A program made the position numbers and the translations under genes. A stretch of DNA of 64,000 nt from an uncultured virus (IMG/VR IMGVR_UViG_3300037043_000022) (lineage: Duplodnaviria > Heunggongvirae > Uroviricota > Caudoviricetes). The notes below the pieces were generated by a model. It searched no databases. It saw only the letters and a list, made by a program, of their open reading frames with translations, and was not told where the DNA came from. The stretch lies in IMG/VR virus record IMGVR_UViG_3300037043_000022. One strand, given 5' to 3'. How positions within the stretch are numbered: position 1 is the stretch's first letter; each line of letters opens with the position of its first letter. Below are positions 1 through 10,773 of this stretch, piece by piece.

Positions 1-135
1 ATTAAAAGATTAAAAGATTAAAAGATTAAAAGATTAAAAGATTAAAAGATTAAAAGATTAAAAGATTAAAAGATTAAAAGATTAAAAGATTAAAAGATTA
101 AAAGATTAAAAGATTAAAAGATTAAAAGATTAAAA
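1..135. repeat. Tandem 8-mer repeat (ATTAAAAG)n, at least 16 copies, running off the window start
   Basis: 16 perfect units plus a partial unit read directly from the sequence. Confidence 0.97.
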
Positions 136-765
136 ATGGTTTAAATCGAATAATGATGATGAGACGCCGTAATCGAATGCATCATCATTGGTTCACCATG
201 ACCATGTGGTCGAAAAACCGACGGGAGAACGGCACGTCATCTGCACGATACGCAGACCCCGGACCAAAGGACGGGAGAAACCCAGTGTGGGACAGAGGCC
301 CCCAGGTGAGTCTAACCATCTTACAGCCTGGCCATGAAAAGCGCCCTGCGCGTAATGCGCGGACGGGAGGATGTTTCTCCTTCCATATGTTTCCCAAGAA
401 ACATGTGGGCAGATGGGCCTCCACCGGTAAAATCATCCTATGCAAGACATTGGGTGATTTTTTAAGATTTAAACATCTGCATACCATAAAACCATGTAAT
501 CATTTAGCAATTAAGGCATACAATCAATCACATTTAGCCAATGTGATTGGGAAAAGCCCAGCATATTTATCATTATGCTGCTTGGTGCTAAATGATTATT
601 GTGATTTATTTTATGGTATACCCATAATGCATTAACCAAAATCATGGTTGTTTTGTGATTTATTGGCTTGCCCTATGGGACGCAGATGGTAGGAGATGGT
701 CTATATTGAATAAGATGAAAATCTAAACGCAGATGGAAATATATATATAGGAAGAGGAAAACTGT

Positions 766-2499
766 ATGGCCAAATCATGCAAACTTCCACCATTTGATGG
801 AAACCTCATCGATGGTGGGCAATACGCTGATAGCGAAGGGGTGATATATGAATATAATAAGAAATCAGATTCCTTTATCAATAAAGGGGTAATCAAAACA
901 CCGCCTAATGTCAACGAAGAAACCAATGGATTAATATATCCTAAATTATATGATAGAATTTTATTGATCAATAAGTATAAAAATCAATTAAATTTGATCA
1001 AATTCCAGACTGAAATAATGATGCCATCATATTTTTATTATTTTAATTCGTCAGATGATTTAATAAGATTTTATGGTGAGACACGAGAGACATTGCGATG
1101 TGAAGTCGATAGAGGTAGATTATATCAAAAAATCCTCAGGAACGTATGTGTCGGGGAACGGGGAGATGTTGGATATGAGGGCGATCAGGGTTGGCCAGGT
1201 ATGTCGGCACCTAAAGAAAGACGAATCATACCGAAATTCATTTCTAATGTCGAGGCAACATTCACTGTCGACGTCAACATACCAATTGATACGCCTATTT
1301 CGATACGATTATATAACAAATATGACATAAAAACGTCTGAGATATTAATTGAAACGGATGGCACTAACGCTGACAACATCACCATAAAGAATTATACTAA
1401 AAGCACCATAATAAGTGAAAATCCAACAATAAAGATAGCGAAAACTGAGGATGTGTGGACGATCGAGGCAACAATTAAGTTGTCGTTAGGTTCATACGAC
1501 AAGCATTATTTTAAAACCAGACAAATCGGCCCAAAGGGTGAAACTGGGCCGAATGGGCTAAATTTTCTACAAACTAAATTAAAATGGATTGATGATCTAG
1601 GGATAGTCTCTACTAATGCAGTGATAAACGTTAGGAAATCATCGACTTCTTCAGACATATTATATAAACGTCAAGCAGTAACTGAGGGATCCTGCGTTTA
1701 TGGTTTGACGCCGGTTTATGGGCTACCGCTTGACATAGTAGAGAGAGCATTATGGGTAGCAATATTGGAGACGTCCAGGGAATGTAAAGACATTGTCACT
1801 ATCAAGCCATTATCTCTTTCGGCAATATCCGAACCAGTGCTTAATTTACCATTCTGGACGCCAATGAAACAATGTGCTGATAGACTAAGATTTCCAATAG
1901 CGACATATGATTGGCAGGATGACATCCAGGCAGAAGAAAAGGGTGGTGTAATACCTTTCAACATATTAAAAGATCCACGCCCACCAGAACAATGTTGCCA
2001 ACAAGACTTATTTTGGTGCGCAAATGTCGGCGACTCATGTCCAGTAGAAGGCGATGTGCCTAAAATCATCAGATTTGAAACAGATGAATGTCCGTGTGAT
2101 TGTCAACCAAGAACTGACCTGATGATATTCGATGGTGAAACGACATCGAATACGTATCAGTGTTCAATAAATGGGAAAATGCACGAGTATCGGCAAGAAA
2201 TTATTTTAAATAAATCCAAAACGAAAATAACAATCGCATTGAATAACAATAATTACTGTGATGAGCACACAAAATTTAAAATAGAACCATGTTCAATAAG
2301 ATCTAACATAATACCGACCTGTCTGGAAGACGAGATGACACAAGACCCCGAAGGAATATTGGCAATAACAGACATGGGTAATGCATCAATAATAATCATT
2401 GGAACTGGGACGATGAGATTAGATATACAAGTAAATCTAGATAAAACTGTGTGCTGCATTGGATATGATCTAACGGTGACGGCGGAGGTGGTCGAATGA
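766..2499 (+). CDS. Putative virion structural/fibre protein, Cys-rich, short collagen-like GXY segments; paralog of the N-terminal part of the next ORF
   Basis: 577 aa; RBS-like AGGAAGAGG; shares YFYYFNSSDDLIRFY, LRNVCVG, RQIGPKGE and EPVLNLP.WTP with 2496..6854. Confidence 0.6.
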   Translation: MAKSCKLPPFDGNLIDGGQYADSEGVIYEYNKKSDSFINKGVIKTPPNVNEETNGLIYPKLYDRILLINKYKNQLNLIKFQTEIMMPSYFYYFNSSDDLIRFYGETRETLRCEVDRGRLYQKILRNVCVGERGDVGYEGDQGWPGMSAPKERRIIPKFISNVEATFTVDVNIPIDTPISIRLYNKYDIKTSEILIETDGTNADNITIKNYTKSTIISENPTIKIAKTEDVWTIEATIKLSLGSYDKHYFKTRQIGPKGETGPNGLNFLQTKLKWIDDLGIVSTNAVINVRKSSTSSDILYKRQAVTEGSCVYGLTPVYGLPLDIVERALWVAILETSRECKDIVTIKPLSLSAISEPVLNLPFWTPMKQCADRLRFPIATYDWQDDIQAEEKGGVIPFNILKDPRPPEQCCQQDLFWCANVGDSCPVEGDVPKIIRFETDECPCDCQPRTDLMIFDGETTSNTYQCSINGKMHEYRQEIILNKSKTKITIALNNNNYCDEHTKFKIEPCSIRSNIIPTCLEDEMTQDPEGILAITDMGNASIIIIGTGTMRLDIQVNLDKTVCCIGYDLTVTAEVVE

Positions 2500-5400
2500 T
2501 TATGTTTCCGCCAAATGCCAAAGACAAAGACCAAGTCATAGATGTTTATGGCGTACTGCATGAATTTGACATAGAATCTAATTCATGGATAAACAAGGGC
2601 GCGACGAAAATTCCACGAATTGTAGATGTAGAGAATGATGGGTTGGTGTATCCGACATTATTCGATCGGGAAAGAAAAATAGAATTCCACAAAGATGACT
2701 TACGCAAAACAGTAAAATTTGAAAATAATCAGGCATATTTCTATTATTTTAATTCGTCTGATGATTTGATTAGATTCTATCCTGAATCACAACAGAGCCT
2801 AAGATATGAGGTTGATAGAAGTAGATTGCATCAGAAAGTATTGCGCAACGTCTGCGTAGGTCCCAAAGGTGATGCTGGACTACAAGGCAAACAAGGCAGA
2901 TCTGGCATTAAGGCTTATAAAGAAAGGCATTTGAAACCCAGAAATTTAACCACATCATCAATGATGGTCGAGAAGGCATTGACGTTACCAATCGAGACGA
3001 ACATTTCACTTCGTTTATATAATTACAGAAATCAAGTTACCGAAATGTTGTTGACCAAAGACATGGAAGTAGTCGAAATAATCGGACAACAAGTCGAGAT
3101 CAAAGACATAACGTGGGAGAATGAGACGTTCAAAGCAACAATTTATGGAACGTTTGAGAAGGGTTCGTGGACGTTCAAGATCAGACAAATTGGCCCAAAA
3201 GGTGAAATCGGACCTGATGGTTTAAATTTCTTACAGATCATCGAGGACCAACAATTATTAGATAGTCTGATCGTAGATCAAGCAGTTAAAAATTTGAGAA
3301 AGAGCGACGTCGGCAATAACTTATTCTATTTGGTCGATGCAATCTCTAAAGAAATGTGCGTCATGGGTATTGTACCGACATATCTACCGCCAGCTACGGC
3401 ATTCAAACCAGTCATCATCTGTCACGAAAATCCATCGTCGCCAGGATATTCAGATCATCTAGTCAAATGGGTAGCAATACAACCGACGACCCAGACATGT
3501 AAATATATCGTCTATAATGAATACATCTCAACGGATTCGGTCGAGCCAGTGTTGAATCTACCGGCATGGACGCCACAGAGAGCATGCATTGACGTATCTA
3601 GATTCGATTGGGCGAAATTTGAATGGCAAGAAGAACAAACATTACCCTTCAAGATCATGAAAAATCCAAGACCAGAGGAATTTTGTTGTCAAGAAGATAT
3701 GTTTTTGTGCGCAAACGTTGGTGACGTATGTGATGTTGCTGGTGCATTCAGTCCACCTAAGAAAATCGGTTGTCCATGCCCATGTGAAATACAAGGCAAA
3801 GAAATTGACATCAACTGTTCACCATTGTGTTGTGTGGAATGCAAGGAAGAAACAATCAGATGCATACCACCACAAGAATGTGCCATTAATGGCGACAAAC
3901 AAATAGCCACATTTAAATTGAATTACGATGAATGGCTTGATCCAGCTTGTAGAAAAGAAGATGGATCTTATAAGCGGGGATGCTGCGATGATGGTGAATG
4001 GATAGCGTTTACGGTAAAAGTAAAATCACCGACTGATAAGTGCGACAAAGAACGAGGTGATTTTTTAGCTGCTGGTGGTAAATTCCCAAGTCGTTGCAAT
4101 GCAATTATGACGGCAGAATTATTGAGTGCCACTGGATTAACGCCAGTGTATTTTGAACAACGAGCAAAATTCTTCCCAATAGATACGACGCATCCGACGC
4201 CATTTAAATACCAAGAAAAAATGACATATCTTAAATTGCCCGACATTGACGCAATGAAGATGCCCGCATCTCTAGAATGGAATCAATCACGACAACAATT
4301 ATCTAATTGGACGGACGCACAATGGAATGCATATCTTAACGAACTTTATTTGAATGACAAATGGGTAGGCGATGCAATCGTCGCAGAATTAATGACGAGA
4401 CTCAAAGAAGTCCCAGTCCCAACAATCGGGAATGAGACATTTAAAGCAACAATATTAAGACCTGATGGTGGATTGCGTGAATTGACTTTCTTTTTGAGAA
4501 TACCAAAACCTAGTAAATTTGATACGCCAAATTATCAACCATGGAGCGGTAGTGCTCTAATTAAGGTGCAAATTAATTATAACCAGGTCGACTGTTGTAC
4601 CGGATATGAATTGGACGTATGCACATCGATACCATGCGACGCTGGGTCGTCGTCCAGTTCTAGTTCATCATCATCCAGTTCATCATCCAGTTCATCATCC
4701 AGTTCCAGTTCATCATCTAGTTCATCTAGTTCATCGTCTAGTTCATCTAGTTTATCGTCTAGTTCCAGCTCATCGTCTAGTTCCATGTCGTCTAGTTCCA
4801 GTTCATCATCATCTATGTCATCCAGTTCCAGTTCGTCGTCTAAATCCTCCAGTTCTAGTTCGTCTAAATCCAGTTCCAGTTCGTCATCTAAATCCAGTTC
4901 CAGTTCGTCGTCTAGATCCTCCAGTTCATCATCATCTAGATCCAGTTCTAGTTCGTCGTCTAAATCCTCCAGTTCTAGTTCGTCGTCTAAATCTTCTAGT
5001 TCATCATCTAAATCTAGTTCATCATCTAGATCCAGCTCCAGTTCATCTAAATCCAGCTCCAGTTCATCTAAATCCAGTTCGTCATCATCATTATGCTCAT
5101 GCACACCAACAATATTAGCTAGCAAAACAACCCATGGAGGAACAGATCCAATTTGGGATTTAACACCATATCAAGGAATTGGAATAGCAACATGTGGTGG
5201 ATACTGGAGATTAATAGAGATTGGTGCATGCTACCCAACTGTTTACCCATGGTATGGTGCCGGATGTATCGATGAAAACAATGAATTGCTCGGATTACCA
5301 GCACAATTCGTATCGTCTTACTATTATACCGGATATATGCAATTGCAGATTGGTTGTTCAGAATCAGACGATCAAACGACAATTCGATGGCCTGGCGATT

Positions 5401-6854
5401 GTCAACCCTTAACAAATATATCTGATTTTAATGACTGTGGCCCAATTATGATACTCGGCGGAGCATTTTTACAAAACATTGGTGATTCTTGGGATCTTGC
5501 CCAATTCTTAGGCAATGATATAGCAGAGCCAAATGCATTCTGGAGATTAATAGCAAGAGATGGATTCATATTTGATTATGGATGTGTTGACGCTAATGGG
5601 AAGTTAGAACTTCTACCTAATTCATTCATCGCTGACGCGAACCTAACAGAGATCAGATTAGAAATAGGTATATTATCTGGGTCTTATATAAATTGGCCAA
5701 ACAAAGAATCACAAACACCGTATCTTTGTTGGTCTTCGTCTTCTTTATCTTCATCTTTATCTTCATCTTCGTCTAAATCCTCTAAATCTTCTGAATCCTC
5801 TTCGTTTTCATCTAAATCTTCTTCATCCTCTTTGTCCTCATCTAAATCTTCTTCATCTTCGTCTAGATCATCATCCTCGTCTAGATCATCAGAATATTGG
5901 ACAGAAGCGAGACCTGCAGGGAACGTTGATCGTCATTTTACAGCATTAGCGATTGACGATGACGGCCAAAATTTGATCGCTGGGGCATATGGTAAAAGAT
6001 TGTATGTGTCGACCAATGGTGGAGATATATGGTCGGAGACACAACCGAATGATACCTATCAGGACTTAGATTGGGGGGATGCCGCCAGTAATTCTAATGG
6101 TTCACAAATCGTGGTGATTTCATCCAAAATTTCGGGTTTTACACCGACTGGAAGGATATATAAATCAACAAATTATGGATCATCATGGTCTGAATTACGA
6201 CCAATTGGCGACAATGATGAATATTGGGCTAGCATAGCATCTGATTCTGATGGATCTAATTTGATTGTGTGTAGTGACAGGGTATATATATCATCAGATT
6301 ATGGGTCCAATTGGTCAGAGACTACACCAACTGGAACTGCCGAAGATAAGAGTTGGGATGACGTTGCATCTGATTCAACTGGAACGAATTTAATGGCATG
6401 TGTATATGGCGGAAGATTATATTTGTCATCGGATTCTGGTGCAAATTGGTCTGAAATTTTTCCACCTGGCGGCACACCAGGAAATAAAAATTGGGATTTT
6501 GTGGCGTGTAGTCAGAATGGCCAATATATGTTAGCAGGCATATATGGCGGAAGATTATATTTGTCATCGGATTCTGGTGCAAATTGGTCTGAAATTTTTC
6601 CACCTGGTGGCACACCAGGAAATAGAAATTGGAGATGTGGTGTTATTGGTGGAAATGCTGCAATAATGATGGTGGGCATATATTCATCGACTACCAATGG
6701 TCGTATTTATTGTTCTACTGATGGTGGAACAAATTGGTTCGAACAACGACCTCTTGGTAATACTAATCAAGCTTGGAGTAAATTAGCTACAGACTCTGTT
6801 GGAGATAAAATGCTTGCTAGCACAACCACCAGATTATATTTACATTTTGGTTAA
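2496..6854 (+). CDS. Large fibre/receptor-binding-like protein with poly-Ser linkers and a C-terminal BNR/Asp-box beta-propeller
   Basis: 1452 aa; repeated SxDxGxxW Asp-boxes (STNGGDIW, STNYGSSW, SSDYGSNW, SSDSGANW x2, STDGGTNW); two Ser tracts. Confidence 0.7.
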   Translation: MIMFPPNAKDKDQVIDVYGVLHEFDIESNSWINKGATKIPRIVDVENDGLVYPTLFDRERKIEFHKDDLRKTVKFENNQAYFYYFNSSDDLIRFYPESQQSLRYEVDRSRLHQKVLRNVCVGPKGDAGLQGKQGRSGIKAYKERHLKPRNLTTSSMMVEKALTLPIETNISLRLYNYRNQVTEMLLTKDMEVVEIIGQQVEIKDITWENETFKATIYGTFEKGSWTFKIRQIGPKGEIGPDGLNFLQIIEDQQLLDSLIVDQAVKNLRKSDVGNNLFYLVDAISKEMCVMGIVPTYLPPATAFKPVIICHENPSSPGYSDHLVKWVAIQPTTQTCKYIVYNEYISTDSVEPVLNLPAWTPQRACIDVSRFDWAKFEWQEEQTLPFKIMKNPRPEEFCCQEDMFLCANVGDVCDVAGAFSPPKKIGCPCPCEIQGKEIDINCSPLCCVECKEETIRCIPPQECAINGDKQIATFKLNYDEWLDPACRKEDGSYKRGCCDDGEWIAFTVKVKSPTDKCDKERGDFLAAGGKFPSRCNAIMTAELLSATGLTPVYFEQRAKFFPIDTTHPTPFKYQEKMTYLKLPDIDAMKMPASLEWNQSRQQLSNWTDAQWNAYLNELYLNDKWVGDAIVAELMTRLKEVPVPTIGNETFKATILRPDGGLRELTFFLRIPKPSKFDTPNYQPWSGSALIKVQINYNQVDCCTGYELDVCTSIPCDAGSSSSSSSSSSSSSSSSSSSSSSSSSSSSSSSSSSSLSSSSSSSSSSMSSSSSSSSSMSSSSSSSSKSSSSSSSKSSSSSSSKSSSSSSSRSSSSSSSRSSSSSSSKSSSSSSSSKSSSSSSKSSSSSRSSSSSSKSSSSSSKSSSSSSLCSCTPTILASKTTHGGTDPIWDLTPYQGIGIATCGGYWRLIEIGACYPTVYPWYGAGCIDENNELLGLPAQFVSSYYYTGYMQLQIGCSESDDQTTIRWPGDCQPLTNISDFNDCGPIMILGGAFLQNIGDSWDLAQFLGNDIAEPNAFWRLIARDGFIFDYGCVDANGKLELLPNSFIADANLTEIRLEIGILSGSYINWPNKESQTPYLCWSSSSLSSSLSSSSSKSSKSSESSSFSSKSSSSSLSSSKSSSSSSRSSSSSRSSEYWTEARPAGNVDRHFTALAIDDDGQNLIAGAYGKRLYVSTNGGDIWSETQPNDTYQDLDWGDAASNSNGSQIVVISSKISGFTPTGRIYKSTNYGSSWSELRPIGDNDEYWASIASDSDGSNLIVCSDRVYISSDYGSNWSETTPTGTAEDKSWDDVASDSTGTNLMACVYGGRLYLSSDSGANWSEIFPPGGTPGNKNWDFVACSQNGQYMLAGIYGGRLYLSSDSGANWSEIFPPGGTPGNRNWRCGVIGGNAAIMMVGIYSSTTNGRIYCSTDGGTNWFEQRPLGNTNQAWSKLATDSVGDKMLASTTTRLYLHFG
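4647..5090 (+). repeat. Low-complexity poly-serine coding tract (~148 codons, mixed TCN/AGT)
   Basis: Seen directly; a second shorter tract lies at about 5733-5890. Confidence 0.95.
6403..6632 (+). repeat. Intragenic direct repeat, 92 bp x2 (6403-6494, 6541-6632), period 138 bp
   Basis: Near-identical DNA (2 mismatches) encoding YGGRLYLSSDSGANWSEIFPPGGTPGNxNW. Confidence 0.9.
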
Positions 6855-6894
6855 CAATCAGATTGCATTCTGACTGATCAAGGGAGAAACAAAA

Positions 6895-7641
6895 ATGTTC
6901 GATAAAGTTCTGAATAATAACATTTTAACCCACATGCCATTTGCGATGATTGGACCAAACAACGAAGACATATTGTTTTTCTGTAAATACGAAAAAACAT
7001 GGAAGATATGTTATGAAATTGGTGACGAGAACATAATCAAAATTAAAACTAATCTAGATGATGATACTTGCGAATGTGCACCAACAGCGTGGTACGAAGA
7101 TGGACAATGGAATGTATCATTCATATCTGGACCACCATTTTTCTTATATCATATGCACGGTAAAACATTGGATCAATTATCAGAACCAAAAATGATCATT
7201 AGGACTAGAGCCGGTTTTTTATATAAGAACCGTATTGTGTTTTCTGATCCAGAGATTAACGTACACATAAGAGACACAAATGATTCAATAATTAAATTGG
7301 ATGGTTTAATATATTATATTTCATATCGCTATGATGAACCAGACAAATTATTAATTACATATCAAAAGAACAGACAGAAAAATAAAATAATACAATGTAC
7401 ATCAGAATATGATTTAAATTCGAATGAAGAACGTATTTTAGAATATAACAATGAATTGTTATATAAATCAACAATATTTAAAGGAATGCTAATTCATGCC
7501 AAACGAATTGGTGCTGGATTCGAGGACAGAAAACTCAAATTGGAACAATCTGTGAAATTTAAAAAAGTGAATACAATGAAACGACACAATATTGATCGTT
7601 TGATTAGATTAAATAGACCAATCATCAACGAGTGGTTATAG
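6895..7641 (+). CDS. Hypothetical protein
   Basis: 248 aa; RBS AAGGGAG. Confidence 0.7.
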   Translation: MFDKVLNNNILTHMPFAMIGPNNEDILFFCKYEKTWKICYEIGDENIIKIKTNLDDDTCECAPTAWYEDGQWNVSFISGPPFFLYHMHGKTLDQLSEPKMIIRTRAGFLYKNRIVFSDPEINVHIRDTNDSIIKLDGLIYYISYRYDEPDKLLITYQKNRQKNKIIQCTSEYDLNSNEERILEYNNELLYKSTIFKGMLIHAKRIGAGFEDRKLKLEQSVKFKKVNTMKRHNIDRLIRLNRPIINEWL

Positions 7642-9283
7642 CTTCCACAAACCATTTTGGCAACATTGCTCTGTTCCGTTGTACAAATCTATCGAATTCC
7701 GAATCGATGACATAAGTATCGGCCCAATCATCCTCGGATCTGATTGATCTACCATAAGATTGTATTATCTTTAATGCACATAAATAACCTAAATAATTGT
7801 GGTTCAACTCTGTCCTCATCTTTAATTGTTTATTGTCCATAAAATTTGGATATGGAATTTTGCAAATGATTTGAAATCGACTCAAATCATCACGAAGATC
7901 GAGACCCTCGTGCATCGCTGGTGCAACGATGATGCCATTCTTAGTCTGTGCATGCTCTTCCAACATTGCTTCTTTGTTTTGAAAATTAGTCTGCAATAAA
8001 AATCTTTGGGAGACCTCCTGCGAACAACATTCTTCAAGTTTCTTCATGATTTCAAAATTATGCGTATGGATGATTCCACGGAAATCACGATAATGACGGC
8101 ATATGTCGTTTACTTTCTTAATTAATTCTGGCATAGTACCAAATTTATCTTTAAAGTTCATTGATCCAGCATATTTTTTATAGATGGGACGATTCTCTTT
8201 TGGAAAAGAATTTGGCATAGTGATGGTGACACAATCATTGCGATCAATGCCATACATATCCATAATCATGTTAAAATCAATTAGAGTTGCACTCATAATC
8301 AAGATAGAGGAAGCTTTACTAAACACCAAACGATTGACGTGTTGTCTTACATATATTGGTTTAAATTCTAACGTCGTGTTGCCATTCTTGTGATTCTTCA
8401 ATTCGTATACCCACCACGTTGGGTCTTCTATCATAAACATATTTAATTTGATTTCGAGACGTTCAATTTCTTCGTATTCTTTAATAGAAGACTGACTAAG
8501 TGCAAGAGCCTTCAATTCTGATAAAATTGATGATATGTCATTCGTTCTAAATCGCTCTTGATATGCCTGGACAGACCCCAAATCCTCTATCTTGATGTTC
8601 GCCGCACGAAGCATTTTGTCGGTAAACGTTACGCTTACGAAATCCATCAATTCATTTTCTATGTTATGACCTTCATCCGCGATGAGTAAAGATCTATCTA
8701 CGAAACGATTGCCAACCATCATTTGGAATAAAAAGCTCTTATAGTTCATGGCACAGACGGTGGCTTGTATTGCTTCGTTCAATCTATTCCAATATTCACA
8801 ATTGCCTTCATATTTGCATTTTGCACTACCAATCGATTTACAATGTCCATTTGCACAATTCTTGTAGGATTGAGAATGCGTTATCGCGTCGATGGTATTG
8901 CAACAACTTGGATCATTTAAATAAGAGGTCCAATAATTACATTTATATGCATTGCGACCTTTTAGATCAACAATGTCGTCAAAATCGCCGACCAATTGTG
9001 ATTGTAATATCTTAGTAGAAGTCAAATAAAACGATGACCCTAAAATTTTAGAAACGGTATATCCAATCACGCTTTTCCCACTACCAGTTGGTGCATTCAA
9101 AAGAACGAATTTCTTCCCACTAGAAAATGAATCTAAAATCTTCTTGATTGCTTCTTTCTGTCCATGACGATACTCTTTCATTGGGAAAACGTCATCAATG
9201 AAATTGTCTTCCACTTTCACGTCCTCAACCCGGTCGACCGGGTCAAGAATCAATTTTCTTTTGCCCATGTTGTCTATTCGCAT
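7625..9283 (-). CDS. DinG/Rad3-like SF2 helicase
   Basis: Walker A APTGSGKS, DEGH, MSATL, HEGLDL, QSYGRSIRSEDD; start chosen by the GGAGGA RBS. Confidence 0.9.
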   Translation of the reverse strand: MRIDNMGKRKLILDPVDRVEDVKVEDNFIDDVFPMKEYRHGQKEAIKKILDSFSSGKKFVLLNAPTGSGKSVIGYTVSKILGSSFYLTSTKILQSQLVGDFDDIVDLKGRNAYKCNYWTSYLNDPSCCNTIDAITHSQSYKNCANGHCKSIGSAKCKYEGNCEYWNRLNEAIQATVCAMNYKSFLFQMMVGNRFVDRSLLIADEGHNIENELMDFVSVTFTDKMLRAANIKIEDLGSVQAYQERFRTNDISSILSELKALALSQSSIKEYEEIERLEIKLNMFMIEDPTWWVYELKNHKNGNTTLEFKPIYVRQHVNRLVFSKASSILIMSATLIDFNMIMDMYGIDRNDCVTITMPNSFPKENRPIYKKYAGSMNFKDKFGTMPELIKKVNDICRHYRDFRGIIHTHNFEIMKKLEECCSQEVSQRFLLQTNFQNKEAMLEEHAQTKNGIIVAPAMHEGLDLRDDLSRFQIICKIPYPNFMDNKQLKMRTELNHNYLGYLCALKIIQSYGRSIRSEDDWADTYVIDSEFDRFVQRNRAMLPKWFVEAITTR

Positions 9284-9346
9284 CATTCCTCCATTCATGA
9301 AACCACATATCAAATACTTGTTATCTTTGTCAAGTATTTAACGATT

Positions 9347-10447
9347 ATGAATAAAGCATTGATTTTTTCAGATCCACATCTCGGAATCCCCAGCAAGTTG
9401 GACAATTGTATTTGGGCTATGATGATTATGCGACAATATGCACATGATCATCACATAACCAACGTTTATTGTCTAGGGGATTTGTTTCACGATCGGGTAA
9501 GCATAAACATTGAGACGTTAGTTAAAGCATATGATTTTTTCAGCGAAACGCAAGAAAAATGGGGACAAAAATGGACCACGTTCCCAGGAAACCATGACAT
9601 GTTTTTAAAGAATTCATGGGACATAAATTCAGTGAGACCGCTTGGTAAAGTGTTGACGGCGATCGACGAACCATCAGTGATTGATTTCGTCGACTTCAAA
9701 TTCTTCATATTGCCATTCATTTATAATGAAGATGAATATTTGGTCCATCTGATGGAGATCAACAATCGTGCTGAACCACAAGACATCCTATTGACGCACA
9801 TCGGAGTGCGCGGCGCGGAACTAAACAGATGCTTCCTATTACAACATTGGTCGAAAGTTCATTTCGATGACGTAAAAATGTCATCAATTTTCACTGGACA
9901 CTTCCATTGCCAACAACAAGTAGGAGATCGGATTTGGTATCCAGGCAGTCCAATTTCATTTAGATTCGACGATGGATTAGTTGATCATGGATTTCTGGTC
10001 GTAAATTTCAATCCCCGAAAGGTTGAATTCATAGACATATATGATGCATGTCCGGCTGAATTATTAAGTCAGGCACCGCCAAAACATTTGACTAATATGA
10101 GTGACACGGAAGAGGGAACCATAATCAAGAACGCAAAAGGCAATAATATAAAAATCATCTTATCTAGAGAATATACGCCAAACGAATTGACGACCATTCG
10201 ACAAAACTTGATCGAGAGTGGTGCGAAATCAGTAGTCTTTGCACGACCTAAGGAACAGATTGAAACCGAAAGAAAAATGTCGAACGTAAAGGTGGATTTG
10301 CGAAATCACAAATCTGCTCTACATACTTGGCTTAGCGTCGACAAACCAACTGAATATGACATAAAATTATTGGAAAAATTGAATGAGAGCATATCTGAGA
10401 GAGCCGAGGAAATACTCATCGAAAAAGGGTTGGAGGACGATGAATGA
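9347..10447 (+). CDS. Mre11/SbcD-like nuclease (T4 gp47-like)
   Basis: Metallophosphoesterase motifs SDPHLG, LGDLFH, GNHD, GHFH, YPGSP. Confidence 0.92.
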   Translation: MNKALIFSDPHLGIPSKLDNCIWAMMIMRQYAHDHHITNVYCLGDLFHDRVSINIETLVKAYDFFSETQEKWGQKWTTFPGNHDMFLKNSWDINSVRPLGKVLTAIDEPSVIDFVDFKFFILPFIYNEDEYLVHLMEINNRAEPQDILLTHIGVRGAELNRCFLLQHWSKVHFDDVKMSSIFTGHFHCQQQVGDRIWYPGSPISFRFDDGLVDHGFLVVNFNPRKVEFIDIYDACPAELLSQAPPKHLTNMSDTEEGTIIKNAKGNNIKIILSREYTPNELTTIRQNLIESGAKSVVFARPKEQIETERKMSNVKVDLRNHKSALHTWLSVDKPTEYDIKLLEKLNESISERAEEILIEKGLEDDE

Positions 10448-10773
10448 GTTATGCGGTTCACATCAAAATAAAACGAAACGTCTTATCAGAAATTGAAATG
10501 GCATGTCTAAACATGAATTTTTCATATGTGGGTAAAGATAAGGATTATCACACTTACAGGAAGAATGACGTAGACATACTGATCAAGATTGGTAATGAAA
10601 TCGAAATATTCATAGTCGTGCCATGGAAGGGTGATTGGAAACAGATATATGAACCGGCGATGATTCTTTTAAAAAGATTCGGCGGTAAGATTGATGGTGA
10701 TGGAATCGAAAGATCACTACCAGAGAGAGATGAATGGTTGAAAAGAATGGAGAAGGATGGATGCTTGGATTAA
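10444..10773 (+). CDS. Hypothetical protein between gp47-like and gp46-like genes
   Basis: 109 aa; overlaps both neighbours. Confidence 0.7.
   Translation: MSYAVHIKIKRNVLSEIEMACLNMNFSYVGKDKDYHTYRKNDVDILIKIGNEIEIFIVVPWKGDWKQIYEPAMILLKRFGGKIDGDGIERSLPERDEWLKRMEKDGCLD

Noticed and set aside
153..635. 160-aa ORF
   Set aside because: No RBS, atypical composition and no recognisable motif; likely non-coding.
4577..5125. Asp/Glu-rich and His-rich ORFs in other frames
   Set aside because: Shadow frames of the poly-Ser tract.
6403..6632. DGR template/variable repeat pair
   Set aside because: Both copies are in-frame propeller blades, the two differences are not all at adenines, and no reverse transcriptase is present.
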